A stretch of DNA of 64,000 nucleotides from Octopus sinensis. Lineage: Eukaryota. The notes under the pieces were generated by a model. It was given only the letters and a program-made list of their open reading frames with translations, made no database searches and was not told the origin of the DNA. The stretch lies in contig NC_043023.1 of the NCBI RefSeq assembly GCF_006345805.1, positions 3,906,001 through 3,970,000 on the forward strand, given 5' to 3'. Of this stretch, positions 23,401 to 36,302 are shown piece after piece. Position 1 is the stretch's first letter; every line of letters starts with the position of its first letter. Position numbers and translations under genes: made by a program.

Positions 23401-23772
23401 GCCATCTCACCTACAAATAAAGGAAGAATGCATCAGTTTAAGAAACGAAGGGATGATTAATTATTAAAGAAATGATTAACGAATAGCTTGATTAGGGTAA
23501 ATTAATGTAACCCATGGTTGTAGAGCTCATTAATAAACAACACTTCCAGAACTGAGTTTTGCAGAAGTGGGTGGGCTTTCTCAAGAACCTCATATTGGCA
23601 GACATTTCAGGCCATAATTGTCTTCTCTGTGAAGCTCAATGGCTTGAACTTGGCCCTCACTACTTCATCCATTGTCCCCTCTTCTTCAGATGCCATCCAC
23701 TTTAAGCAGTCAGCATTTCTTTATACAGTTGTGTATGCTGGCCACTTGATAAGAACAATATTTAATTTAAAG

Positions 23773-24155
23773 TGGAGGCGCAATGGCCCAGTGGTTAGGG
23801 CAGCGGACTCGCGGTCGTAGGATCGCGGTTTCGATTCCCAGACCGGGCGTTGTGAGTGTTTCTTGAGCGAAAACACCTAAAGCTCCACGAGGCTCCGGCA
23901 AGGGATGGTGGTGATCCCTGCTGTACTCTTTCACCACAACTTTCTCTCACTCTTTCTTCCTGTTTCTGTTGTACCTGTATTTCAAAGGGCCGGCCTTGTC
24001 ACTCTCTGTGTCACGCTGAATATCCCCGAGAACTACGTTAAGGGTACATGTGTCTGTGGAGTGCTCAGCCACTTACACGTCAATTTCACGAGCAGGCTGT
24101 TCCGTTGATCGGATCAACCGGAACCCTCATCGTCGTAACCAACGGAGTGCTTCCT
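23773..24155 (+). mobile_element. tRNA-headed SINE family D, full length
   Basis: ggaggcgcaatggcccagtggttagggcagcggactcg...gtttcgattccc head. The tail matches 40400-40570 (minus) and 11860-12015. Confidence 0.8.
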
Positions 24156-24384
24156 TTTCCATTTAATTTAAATTAGTGATCTTGTCCTTATTTATATAAA
24201 TTTAAATTTATTTCATCATTGTATTTACTGCGGTGATGTTTTAACCATGTCGCACGAGGAATTAAGAAGCGGGCATTTTAAACTGGTCATGTTGCATACG
24301 TGCATATATATGTAGGTATATGTTCATATATGTAAGTATTCATATGTTGTATGTATATATATCTATTTATGTTTCTCTCTGTAT

Positions 24385-24443
24385 ATTCCACTGATGAGGC
24401 AAAGCATTTCTTAATATAAAGCCAGAAATCTGGGATCTGGAAT
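24385..24443 (+). ncRNA. Type I hammerhead-like motif
   Basis: ATTCCA-CTGATGA-GGC(20 nt)GCC-A-GAAA-TCTGGGA-TC^TGGAAT. Stem I is a 6-bp ATTCCA/TGGAAT. Stem III is ATCT/GGAT with a 1-nt loop. Confidence 0.55.
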
Positions 24444-24645
24444 TATCCAGTAATTTTTTGCTAGATTTATTTATCTTTTTGTCTTCTCTCCTTGTGCTGT
24501 ATGAACATTTAATGTGGTTTTAGAGTCAGATTTTGGCTGCTATTTTCAGCATGGCTATAGCTCGTAGATACCCTAAATTATAATTCTCTCTCTATATATA
24601 TACATATATATATATGCATGTGTATATGTATGTATCTATCTCTGT

Positions 24646-24704
<59 letters not shown>

Positions 24705-24720
24705 ACTATCAGTCTATATA

Positions 24721-25300
24721 TATATATATATTTTATATATACTTTATTTAAAGTAGCAGAAAATTCAACAAAATCTGTTACTCTGAGTTTCTCGTTGCCG
24801 TTCATTGGACAGTTTTTGCTAGAAAAATTCTAGCAAAAACTGTCCGATGAACGGCAACGGGAAACTCAGAGTAACAGGTTTTGTTGAATTTTCTGCTGCT
24901 TTAAATAAAGCATATTACTCTACCACTGGTATTTGAGTACTCTTTTTCCACCTTGTTTCACATTTATGTGTTTACTCCGGTATATTTTATATATATATTT
25001 ACTCCGGTATATTTTATATATATATATATATAAAATATACCGGAGTAAACACATAAATGTGAAACAAGGTGGAAAAAAGAGTACTCAAATACCAGTGGTA
25101 GAGTAATATGCTTTATTTAAAGCAGCAGAAAATTCAACAAAACCTGTTACTCTGAGTTTCCCGTTGCCGTTCATCGGACAGTTTTTGCTAGAATTTTTCT
25201 AGCAAAAACTGTCCGATGAACGGCAACGAGAAACTCAGAGTAACAGATTTTGTTGAATTTTCTGCTACTTTAAATAAAGTATATATAAAATATATATATA
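24721..25300. repeat. Near-perfect ~580-bp palindrome with a nested inner palindrome in each arm; four hammerhead-like motifs (Penelope pLTR-like)
   Basis: Outer arms differ by about 1 substitution, 1 indel and a 27-bp duplication. Plus-strand motifs at 24840-24877 and 25209-25246 read CTGT-CCGATGA-A-CG(GCAA)CG-R-GAAA-CTC(A)GAG-TA^ACAG. Confidence 0.85.
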
Positions 25301-25319
25301 TATGTATGTATATATAATT

Positions 25320-25545
25320 AATCCATAAAAAACGAAGAAAAAACACAAGAAAAAAACAACAATGTGAGGACATGGTACATGCAAGTATTGAGAAGATGCT
25401 CAGGGAAGGAAAGAAAGGTTGTTTAACATTTAGAGCAAACGCTCTTCTTCAGAAACAGGAGACAGAGCAAAGTCCAGAAGAAAAGGAACATGGAGGTAAA
25501 AAAATCGCCAACAATCCACATGTGGTTACATTTTGTAAAAAGAAA
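25320..25545 (-). mobile_element. Penelope-like fragment with a decayed hammerhead (25421-25456)
   Basis: Minus strand GTTT-CTGAAGA-AGAGC(GTTT)GCTC-TAAA-TGTT-AAAC. Stem I GTTT/AAAC is kept, but GAAA is mutated to TAAA. Confidence 0.5.
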
Positions 25546-25649
25546 AATATATGTATGTATGTGTGTGTATGAGTATGTGTGTATATATAGATATATGTAT
25601 ATTTATCTGTAAGTATGTTTTTGTGCCTAGGATGTTTGACCACATCATC

Positions 25650-26400
25650 ATATGAGCATTGAGGATCTTCTCTCTCTCCTCATACTCCTGTACCATTGTT
25701 TCCCTCATGTTGGTGATGTGTGGGTTGCATCCCCTGGATGTAGTTCAGCAGGCTGTCTATAAACATACAACCCCACATCACCCATAAGAGGGAAACGATG
25801 GTACAGGATTATGAGGAGAGAGAGAGAGAGAAGATCCTGATTGCTCATAGGATTATATTGGGCAAACATGCTAGGGGCCAAAAAAGTGCACAGCCAGAGT
25901 CCAATAAACATCATCAAATAAATGGAACAGGTTTAGAATTTGGAGATTTGGAGAGTGAAAGAAATAAATTCATTAGAAAACAAAATCAATATATCCGATT
26001 TCCAATCGAAGTCGGATGTAGAGGGTTCGTTGGACACAGTGTGAGACGACTGTTGTTATCGCTAGGCCTAACTCATCGTAAAGTCAATACCACCATGACC
26101 GATATCCAATCTACAGTGGAGAAGGCTAGCCACTGGATTTGGTTAAAAAGAGATGATGAACGATGGCTAGAAGGATATTGAGCTTTATTTGATAACTAGC
26201 TGATCTAGCAAGCGGGACCTCATATCAGTGAGGGGGGCTGGTGCGCATTGATGCCGTCAAGAGGTAGGCCCCGAAACGGTGCGCATTCTCTCCTGATGAC
26301 CCCATACACTTGCTGGCTTCCGGTATGCGGAGTTTTTGACTAGTAGCACTTGTATGTGCAAGTTGTTTGCAAGACATCACAAAAAAGAAAACTAAAGGTG
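25650..26400 (+). mobile_element. RLE-type (HERO/NeSL-like) non-LTR retrotransposon 3' end with an inverted 5' segment
   Basis: PIEVGCRGFVGHSVRRLLLSLG...VEKASHWIWLKRDD is typical of restriction-like-endonuclease LINE C-termini. 25650-25706 is an inverted copy of 25788-25846. Confidence 0.7.
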
Positions 26401-26457
26401 TTAACTTTAGATATAAAAATAATTAATTATTATCCACTGATGAGTTCCAAATGACTT

Positions 26458-26695
26458 AATATATTTCTTTACTGCTCACAAGGGGCTAAACATAGAGGGG
26501 ACAAACAAGGACAGACAAAGGGATTAAGTCGATTACATCGACCTCAGTGCGAAACTGGTACTTTATTTATCGACTCCGAAAGGATGAAAGGCAAAGTCGA
26601 CCTCGGCGGAATTTGAACTCAGAACGTAACGAAAGATGAAATATGGCTACGCATTTCGCCCGGCGTGCTAATGTTTCTGCCAGCTCGCCGCCTTA
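26458..26695 (-). mobile_element. SINE family B
   Basis: Full head and body, flanked by an aaatgactt direct repeat. Confidence 0.85.
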
Positions 26696-27004
26696 AATGA
26701 CTTGATATAATAATGTGTATTAGTTTTGTTGAAATGCCTATTCTTCGATTGTATACTCGAAAGATGGTCTTTTGCGATAGAAACAGCTGTCTGGTTAAAT
26801 TAAGTACATAATCCATATTGCCATTCAAATCTGTTCCATTTATTTGATGACATTTATTGGATTCTGTTTAATAAATTGATCCAACCAATGATTTTTTTAT
26901 TTATATATATTTATATATATTCATATGGAAATGAAAGGAATCCCTTAAATAAAGTAGGATTTAAAAACCTTGGAAACTTCTTTTCAAACTCTACCTGTCT
27001 AACA

Positions 27005-27335
27005 CCTGTGGACATATTTACAAAGTCAGAAAACAGCACAGCTCCCATGACTTTCGGAAACATTTTTTCATGCTAAGAGTTGCTGAAGCATGGAACAAAC
27101 TGCTGGCATCAGTTGTTAGTTGTCAGAGCACTGCATCCATCAAAACTTCCATGCTTCCTGAGATTCGCCAACACTACACCTAAATTTCTCCCCTCCATAC
27201 ACACGCAAGCATGTATCTGACTCATACACTGTTCACTTTCCAGACATTTGTACATTACTGCATATACTCTATACGCACTTTCTGACAAGTTGTGGTGCAT
27301 CTGAGCACAGTATACAATAATTTCATTATTCTTAT
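27005..27335 (+). mobile_element. CR1-like LINE 3' end
   Basis: Same sequence as 61865-62740 (HFFxLRVAEAWNKL). Confidence 0.8.
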
Positions 27336-27364
27336 TTTATCTGCAAAAATATAATATATAAATA

Positions 27365-27403
<39 letters not shown>

Positions 27404-27596
27404 CTATACATATATGTGTGTGTGTGTATTATCAGTAAATCATAAATCCAATAGAGAAGCACACTCTAGGTTAAAGAGTATTTAGAGAATATTAGTTATG
27501 GCCGGTTCATAGGGACCCTAATAATAGCTAACCACAAGGGTCTCATGAGACATGTGTAAAGCTAAGCACTTTATGGATGCAAAATTCTGGGTAATC

Positions 27597-27633
27597 CTAT
27601 GAACCAGTATATATATATATATATATATAATAT

Positions 27634-27705
<72 letters not shown>

Positions 27706-27960
27706 TGGTTCATAGGATTACCCAGAATATATACATACATACACAAGTGTATATGTATATATATATGTGTGTATGTATATGAATGAATATATATATATAC
27801 ACACATCCATATATATACATACATGTATGCATGCATACATACATACATACATACATACACACATATATGTACATGCATACATGCATGGATACATACATAC
27901 ATACATATATATGTACATGCATGCATGCATGCATACATACATGCATGCATACATATGAGT
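27597..27960. repeat. (TA)n/(CA)n/(CATA)n/(CATG)n microsatellite cluster
   Basis: Direct reading of the sequence. Confidence 0.9.
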
Positions 27961-28221
27961 AACAAAGATGTACATACAGAAATTCTATAGAAAGTACCTT
28001 TATAAAAAGTACAAGTCTGAATCACCAAGGACGGATATCTTCCCTGGGTTGTATTGTCTGCACACACGGCAGGAATATCAGGTACAAACACCCCTGCATG
28101 GAGTCTTGGTATTCAATATTCAATTGATATTGTTTGGGTTTGCAAGGTGCCTCAATTTAAGTACCGAATTCAACAGAACCTTAATTATATTTTATATATA
28201 CATATATATATATATATACAC

Positions 28222-28642
28222 CTTTTACTCTTTTACTTGTTTCAGTCATTTGACTGTGGCCATGCTGGAGCACCGCCTTTAGTCGAGCAAATCAACCCCA
28301 GGACTTAGTCTTTGTAAGCCTAGTACTTATTCTATTGGTCTCTTTTGCCAAACTGCTAAGTTACGGGGACGTAAAAACACCAGCATCGGTTGTCAAGCAA
28401 TACCAGGAGAACAAACACAGACACACAAATATACACACACACACATATATATACATACACATACATATATACATATATACGATGGGCTTCTTTCAGTTTC
28501 CGTCTACCAAATCCACTCACAAGGCCTTTGCTCGACCCGAGGCTATAGTAGAAGACACTTGTCCAAGGTGCCATGCAGTGGGACTGAACCCGGAACCATG
28601 TGGTTGGTGAGCAAGCTACTTACCACACAGCCACTCCTGTGC
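28222..28642 (-). mobile_element. SINE family A
   Basis: Full head, microsatellite and tail. Confidence 0.85.
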
Positions 28643-29104
28643 CTATATATATCTACATATGAGTGTGCACATATGCATAAATATACATTTATAAACATGT
28701 GTGTGTATGTGTCAATGTATATGTGTATATATGTATATATAGCAATATAGATATATGTGCGAGTGATATATTTATACACACAGATACATACGTGTGTGTG
28801 TATATATACACATATATATAATTTGGGACCTACTGATTATTCTGTGAACAGCACACGAAAATTAGGTATGAAAAAATAAAGAAATTATCAGGTTAATCAA
28901 AAAAAATAACCACTACTACACATGCATCCATACACTCACACACACATGTGCATACACACACACACACACACAAGCTTTGAGATTAAAAAAACATTTATCA
29001 TGAAATTAAATGAAATAAAATTGTTGGTGTTACCTTTTAAAGTTTTTTCTGTTGGAAGAGAGAAAATAAATTATATATGTGGACAGAAAGCGTAGCATAA
29101 CATG

Positions 29105-29139
<35 letters not shown>

Positions 29140-29219
29140 CATTGTGGAGTGGAGCCATTCTCCAGTGAAATATAACGGCTGTTAATGGTATGCTCTTAGT
29201 TTGACCTAAAATCTACACT

Positions 29220-29595
29220 GACAACAATAACAACAACAACAATCATGATGTTAATAATAATATCAATAATAATAATAATAATAACAATGATAGTAGTGGT
29301 AGTAGTAGTAATAATAATAATAATAATTATAATAATAATAATAATTATAATAATAATAATGATAATAATAATTATAATAATAATAATGATAATAATAATT
29401 ATAATAATATTAATGATGATAATAATAATGATGATGATAATAATTATAATAATAATAATGATGATGATAATAATTATAATAATAATAATGATGATAATAA
29501 TAATTATAATAATAATAATAATAATAATGATGATGATAGTAATTATAATAATAATGATATTAATGATAATAATAATAATAATAATAATAATAATT
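29220..29595. repeat. (AAT)n/(GAT)n trinucleotide microsatellite
   Basis: Direct reading of the sequence. Confidence 0.95.
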
Positions 29596-29599
29596 CTTT

Positions 29600-30445
29600 C
29601 TACTGTAGGCATAAGGCGTGAAATTTATGGAGAGGGGACTTGTCAATTGTATTTACCCCAGTGTATCACTGGTACTTAATTTATTGACCCTAAAGGATGA
29701 AAGGCAAAGTCAACCTTGGCAGAATTTGAACTCAGAACATAAGGATAGATGAATGCCGCTAAGCATTTTGCCCGATGTGCTAATGTTTCTGCCAGCTTGC
29801 CACCACCATAATAATAATAATAATAATATTGATCTAAAAGAAGTTTGTTCCTTTTCGAGCCATGCCTGGCTCATAAGGGCCTGTTTCCTGGTTTCAATGG
29901 CATATAGGTTCCCCACCTGGATAGGATGCTGGTCCGTTGCAGGTGAGCTGCAAGATGCAGGACGAAAGAGTGAGAGAAATTTGTGGCGAAAGAGTCAGCA
30001 GAAGGTTGTCATTACCTTCTGCCGGAGCCATGTGGAGTTACCGTCCGGTCTGAGATTCGAACCCATGATCCCTCGATCACGAGTCCACTGCTCTAACCAC
30101 TAGGCCATGTGCCTCCATGATATAAAAGATGGGCTACAGCAAATATTCTGCTCAATACCACAGATGTGCTTGTCAGTTGTTTGACCTTAACCAGTTGAGC
30201 ATGTCCCTTGGTGGCTGATGATATGTGCATCTCTGATCACGAGCAGAAGTAGTGGGGGAGCATCATAGCCATGTGTTGAGAGGGATTCTTGGAGGTTTGG
30301 ATAATTCACCTCTGGAAACATGGGTGGTTCTTTCAACATCCTTAAACAACCCTTATTCAAGGACCTTTTGAGCGGTATGGATAACTCGACCATAAGAAAA
30401 TTCTAACTGGGCCCGAACTGCAAGGTCACGCACTGTTTATCTTGA
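29600..30445 (-). mobile_element. Cluster of a SINE-B variant (29600-29805), a SINE-D-like copy (29820-30120) and an unclassified repeat (30120-30445) also found at 57065-58215
   Basis: Shared motifs with the other copies in the window. Confidence 0.7.
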
Positions 30446-31159
30446 TATGAGATCAGCATATTGCGCACATATGGTTGTGATGCATAATATAAATTATGCA
30501 GGAGACATAATATAAATTCCACATCTCAGAAATATGGAATTGTGTTATCATCCAATTGGTAAAGGAGCTGACTTGAGACATCAATGGTGACAGACAGACA
30601 GAAACTACAGCTGAAACTAGCTTGCGACTGAAACAAAGAATGTTACAAAATGCAGGGAGAGAAATGAGAACAGTGTACCCATAAGGATCAAATAAGGGAT
30701 TAGGTTTGTAATTCTGATGCATCAACCAAGTTTGACTTGAGACACCTGAAGATGGCTGGAGTGTACAACAACCAAAATGTAGTAAAGCAAAAATCGTAGG
30801 CATAGGAGTGGCTGTGTGGTAAGTAGCTTGCTTACCAACCTCATGGTTCAGTCCCACTGTGTGCCACCTTGGGCAAGTGTCTTCTACTATAGCCTCGGGC
30901 CAACCAAAGCCTTGTGAGTGGATTTGGTAGACGGAAACTCAAAGAAGCCCATCTTAAGCAACTTGTAAACAAAGGTAAAAGAAAAAAATTTCAATGCCAA
31001 ATATGCCGAAATAGACTTAAATTGTTTTCTTTTGCCCTTGTTTATAAGTTGCTTATAAATTTAACCTTTAAAGGTATTTTTTTAATATGCTGGCCATTGA
31101 TAAAATTTTTTCGAAAATTTTATCCTATATTAGATGTATATATGTGTTATATATATATA

Positions 31160-31875
31160 ATGTATATCATCATCATCATCATCATCGTTTAGCGTCCGTT
31201 TTCCATGCTAGCATGGGTTGGACGGTTCTACTGGGGTCTGTGAAGCCAGAAGGCTTCATCAGGCCCAGTCAAATCTGGCAGTGTTTCTACGGCTGGATGC
31301 CCTTCCTAACGCCAACCACTCCGTGAGTGTAGTGGGTGCTTTTTACGTGCCACCCGCATATATATATGTATGTGTGTATGTTTGTGTGTCTATGTTTGTC
31401 CCCCTAGCATCACTTGACAACCAATGCTGGTGTGTTTACGTCTCCGTAACTTAGCGATTTGGCAAAAGAGACTGATAGAATAAGTACTAGGCTTACAAAG
31501 AATAAGTCCTGGGATAGACTTGCTTGACGAAAGGCGGTGCTCCAGCATGGCCGCAGTCAAATGACTGAAACAAGTAAAAGACTATTGAGTAAGAGTAATC
31601 AAAATGGGGACAGCAGTCTGACTAAAATAAACTCTTTTACACTTTTCCTTGTTTCAGTCATTTGACTGTGGCCATGCTGGAGCACCACCTTTTAGTCAAG
31701 CAAATCAACCCCAGGACTTATTCTTTGTAAGCCTAGTACTTATTCTATCGGTCTCTTTTGCCGAACTGCTAAGTAATGGGGACATAAACACACCAGCATC
31801 GGTTGTCAAGTGATGCTAGGGGGACAAACACAGACACACAAACATATACACACACATACATATACATATATATAT

Positions 31876-31911
<36 letters not shown>

Positions 31912-32068
31912 CGACAGGCTTCTTTCAGTTTCCGTCTACCAAATCCACTCACAAGGCATTAGTCGGCCCGGGGCTATAGCAGAAGACACTTGCCCAAGGT
32001 GCCACACAGTGGGACTGAACCCAGAACCATGTGGTTGGTAAGCAAGCTACTTACCACACAGCCACTCT
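31160..32068. mobile_element. RTE 3' tail (31160-31360, minus), SINE-A 3' half (31368-31585, plus) and SINE-A (31636-32068, minus)
   Basis: Family motifs are present. The two SINE-A copies are tail-to-tail inverted. Confidence 0.8.
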
Positions 32069-32594
32069 GTGTACAAAATATAAATTCCTCATCTCAAAAA
32101 TGTAGAATCATCTCTCTTGTATCTCCATATTTTTTCATCCCCCCCAGCTCTCTTTTTCACCTTCTCCTCCCCTTCCCTACACTATCCCTCCACATCCTAG
32201 CCCCTCACTCCCACTCACATCTGGTGTCCATTGTACTACAATAAGCCCTCCTCTTCCCCCCCCTCTTCTGTTTCTCCCCTGGCTTCTCTCTCCCCGCCAC
32301 CCTTGCCATAGTGAGGATGTGGCAACAGGTTGGTTGTCTCATGGTTTGTGGTTTGTTTGTTCACCTATTTAGGAAAATAGAATTTACATTTTAATACTTC
32401 TACATTTCAGATCTATGTATACAGATGTATGTATACACACACATATATTGATGTTTATATACACACACACACACACACATATATGTATATATATATATAT
32501 ATATACACACACACGCATATATGTATATATGTGATACAAAATTTGTATATATTTTGTATCACATTGAAACTAACTATGACTTAATTTTTCCTCT

Positions 32595-33215
32595 CACACC
32601 ATCTCCGATGAAGGGATATAATTAATAAATATCCTAGAAACAGCTGTAAGACCTTCTATCTATAAATGCTCTAATATCTATACAGCCTTGGTTTTTATCT
32701 TATTACACAAAAAATTCTTGTATATATATATATATATATATTATTATTTTTTTTTATCGTTTATTTCGTATATTTTCATTTGCCTTGCTTATTTTTATAG
32801 TTTGTTGCTCTATAACTCAAGTGGGTGGAAAGGGAGGGAATGCAAAGCCTCATTCGTACTTTTTGAATTCGTTAGTACTAGCAGTCGAAGATGGTTTGTC
32901 TGGGATTACTCATATCAGACGGGTATGTTCGATTTTTAGTGCTCTCAAATCCAAACCTAAAGAAATCTTTGAGCTGACGAAGGAAATGTTGATCTTTATA
33001 TTCAACTAATCCAGATACGGGCCGTTCTCAGGTAATCTTATATACGTGTGATCTTTCGTTATGTTTCCCTCTATGCCTACGTGGATTGTTTTTGAGTATA
33101 CATTGTCTGGGAGACTCTTCTTATAGTAGAGGAAATAGCTAAGATTCTTTGGCTGCTATTTCTAAAAGTTCAGTGTGTGGTAAAGTAAATTATTTTACTG
33201 AACCCTAATTATATA
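32595..33215 (+). mobile_element. Penelope-like terminal fragment starting with a hammerhead-like motif (32601-32652)
   Basis: ATCT-CCGATGA-A-GGGATAT(9)ATATCCT-A-GAAA-CAGCTG-TA^AGAC, near-identical to 20491. It ends in tttggctgctatttc...ccctaatta, a motif shared with 24535-24580 and 63350-63410. Confidence 0.55.
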
Positions 33216-33309
33216 ACGTAATGTTTTAAACATACCGTAAATGGTCTTTTTACATACTGAACACTACTTGGTAAAATTATTAATTAATAATTAATTAATT
33301 CTACCCTTT

Positions 33310-34259
33310 TATTATTGATTATATATATATATGTGTGTGTGTGTGTGTATGTTTGTGTGTCTGTGTTTGTCCCCCCCACAACATCGCTTGACAACTGATG
33401 CTGGTGTGTTTACATCCCCGTAACTTAGCGGTTCGGCTAAAGAGATCGATAGAATAAGTTCTACGCTTACAAAGAATAAGTTATGGGGTCGATTTGCTCG
33501 ACTAAAACAAGTAAATGAGTAAAAAGAGTAAAAGAGTATAGTGGCTATGTAAAGGTGATGGTACATTTTTCATCCCCTCTTGCCGTTTACTTCAGAAATA
33601 GGATCATTTTCTTCATGTTTCTGCTATGAATCACAGATGGAAAAACATTGGGTGAAGTCAGCCACATTCATTTGCTATGAAACCCAAACATTAAGCCTTT
33701 TGATGAAACCAATTTGATGCAGATGGCTTTCAACTCTCAGTTTCGATATCTGAGAAATATCTGTGATCATTCTGATCATACAATGGGGGCTAGCATTGTA
33801 GCAGATCCAAAACTGAATTGCTAGATAGCCAAGCAAACATCACGATACTCTTTTCTCTCTTTTACTTGTTTCAGTCATTTGACTGTGGCCATGCTGGAGC
33901 ACCGCCTTTAGTCGAGCAAATCGACCCCGGGACTTATTCTTTGTAAGCCTAGTACTTATTCTATCGGTCTCTTTTGCCGAACCGCTAAGTGACGGGGACG
34001 TAAACACACCAGCATCGGCTGTCAAGCAATGCTAGAGGGACAAACACAGACACACAAACATATACATACACATACATACATATATATACATATATACGAC
34101 AGGCTTCTTTCAGTTTCCGTCTACCAAATCCACTCACAAGGCATTGGTCGGCCCGGGGCTATAGTAGAAGACACTTGCCCAAGATGCCATGCAGTGGGAC
34201 TGAACCCAGAACCATGTGGTTGGTAGGCAAGCTACTTACCACACAGCCACTCCTGCGCC
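33310..34259. mobile_element. Inverted SINE-A pair: 3' half (33310-33540, plus) and full copy (33848-34259, minus)
   Basis: Family motifs are present. Confidence 0.8.
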
Positions 34260-34627
34260 TTGTTTCACATGATTGGCTGATTAACCGACCAATCAAAATC
34301 AAGCCATTGCATGATCCAGTTTCCTTGAGCTTTCTCATTGAGCCCCTATATAAAGGTGGGTTTTGGTGGTAATCGCAGAATATTGAGACAGCTGCTTGAT
34401 GTCACCATTCTCATTCACCACCATCTGATGACGAAAAAAGAGGCAGACATTTTCTCACCACAAATATAGTACAACAAGCACTATGACCCGGAAACGCTGG
34501 GTCTTAGTGCTAGTGCATGCATATACAGCTGCGTGCATGCGAACATACACGCGAGTACTGTCCAAATCTCCGACCAATCACATACAGCTATCTGGCATTC
34601 AATTGGCGTATCAAGTTTTGCGCATTT

Positions 34628-35070
34628 TGATTGGGTTTTGGATAGAAAATTCACAAAAAAGTCACTTCTATTGATTTTTTAATGGCTTTGCAGGGTGACT
34701 GGGGAAATGTAAAGATGTGCACGACCACCCTTGGACGGTTTTGAATGACCATAGAAAGTGCGAGCCCTCTAACTGAAAAATTGTGGATTTGTATAAAGGA
34801 TACACGCACACACACACAGACATTTTGCCGTTTATATATAGAGAGATTTTGATTGGGTTTTGGATAGAAAATTCACAAAAAGTCACTTCTATTGATTTTT
34901 AATGGCTTTGCTGGGTGACTAGGGAAATGTAAAGATGTGCACGACCACCCTTGGACGGTTTTAAATGACCATAGAAAGTGAAAGCCCTCTAACTGAAAAA
35001 TTGTGGATTTTTATAAAGGATACACGCACACACACACAGACATTTTGCCGTTTATATATAGAGAGATAGA
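34628..35070 (-). mobile_element. Tandem duplication (~220 bp x2) of a Helitron-like 5' end
   Basis: ttgattgggttttggatag...gacattttgccgtttatatatagagagat occurs twice. The minus strand starts ATCTCTCTATATATAAA like the other Helitrons here. Confidence 0.6.
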
Positions 35071-35119
35071 TTTCCCAATGTGATGTGCCAGCTACGATTG
35101 CTATATACCAGTGAAATTG

Positions 35120-35765
35120 GGATCTTTTCCTTTTGAACGGCACATGTCAACACAATTTTTAGTTAACTAAACACGTTTAAACTTCGTATACTGGTAGAAT
35201 GTGTCAAAATAAAACATTTTTTTCTCTTGGCTTTCTTGAGAAAATTGTAATTTGTTTGTTTAACGTAGTTTAATTTTTTGAATTTTAACCAATGAATCGC
35301 CTCTAATTGAGCTAAAATCATTTGCTGCGTCTAAAACTGAGACAACATCATGTCACTAACCCTCACCCTCACCTTCACCCTCACCCTAACCCTAAATTTT
35401 AGCCTTTCGTTTTTCTTTTCTTAATTGTTAAATTAATTTAATTGTTACGCGTGTGTCTAAATTAATTTAACAATTAAGAAAAAAAAACGAAAGGCTAAAA
35501 TTTAGGGTTAGGGTGAGGGTTAGGGTTAGTGACAGGATGTTGTCTCAGTTGTAGACACAGCAAATGATTTTAGCTCAATTAGAGGAAATTGATTGGTTAA
35601 AATTCGAAAAATTAAACTACATTAAACAAACAAATTACAATTTTCTCAAGAAAGCCAAGAGAAAAAAATGTTTTATTTTGACACATTCTACCAGTATACG
35701 AAGTTTTAAAGTGTTTAGTTAACTAGAAATTGTATTGACATGTGCCATTCAAAAGGAAAAGATCC
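35120..35765. mobile_element. Fold-back MITE, ~310-bp TIRs, 8-bp TSD, internal telomere-like repeats
   Basis: TSD tgaaattg at 35112-35119 and 35766-35773. Termini GGATCTTTTCC...GGAAAAGATCC. (CCCTCA/CCCTAA)n at 35357-35395 and (TTAGGG/TGAGGG)n at 35502-35530. Confidence 0.85.
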
Positions 35766-36049
35766 TGAAATTGCCATAGATCCCAGCAGTATGTCTCTCC
35801 TGGTGTATAAATGTCACTGATATTTTAAATCAAAAGACCAATGCAGAAAATACCAAAGTACTTTCTGTGTTGGTCTTTTGATGAAAAAATAATAAAATCT
35901 TCTGTTAATTGTTCCCAAATGTTGTTAGTTACTGCTACATGCTGCCCTAGAAATACATTTTCTTTCACCAGCAGCAGACATCATTCTCATGATTTTGTAA
36001 TTTCATTTGGCCAACCTGAGCGAGGACCAAAAAAGTTTCTCTCTCTTTA

Positions 36050-36263
36050 CTCTCTCTTTTACTCTTTTACTTGTTTCAGTCATTTGACTGCGGCCATGCT
36101 GGAGCACCGCCTTTTAGTCGAGCAAATCGACCCCGAGACTTATTCTTTGTAAGCCCAGTACTTATTCTATCGGTCTCTTTTGCCAAACTGCTAAGTTACG
36201 GTGACATAAACACACCAGCATCGGTTGTCAAGCGATGCTAGGGGGACAAACACAGACACACAA

Positions 36264-36302
<39 letters not shown>

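Noticed and set aside
26235-26320. Hammerhead-like words in the RLE-LINE 3'UTR (ttgatg...ccccgaaac...cctgatga)
   Set aside because: The core is degenerate in type I order and stem II is not complementary in type II order, so no consistent fold was found.
26430-26460. CCACTGATGAG possible hammerhead start
   Set aside because: After removing the SINE-B insertion, no matching stem II, GAAA and stem I partner could be found.
27965-28190. Unique stretch between microsatellites as a possible exon
   Set aside because: Several frames are open, but no recognisable domain or convincing paired splice sites were found.
35357-35530. Telomere or chromosome-fusion site
   Set aside because: Only a few degenerate hexamers, lying inside the TIRs of a TSD-bounded MITE.
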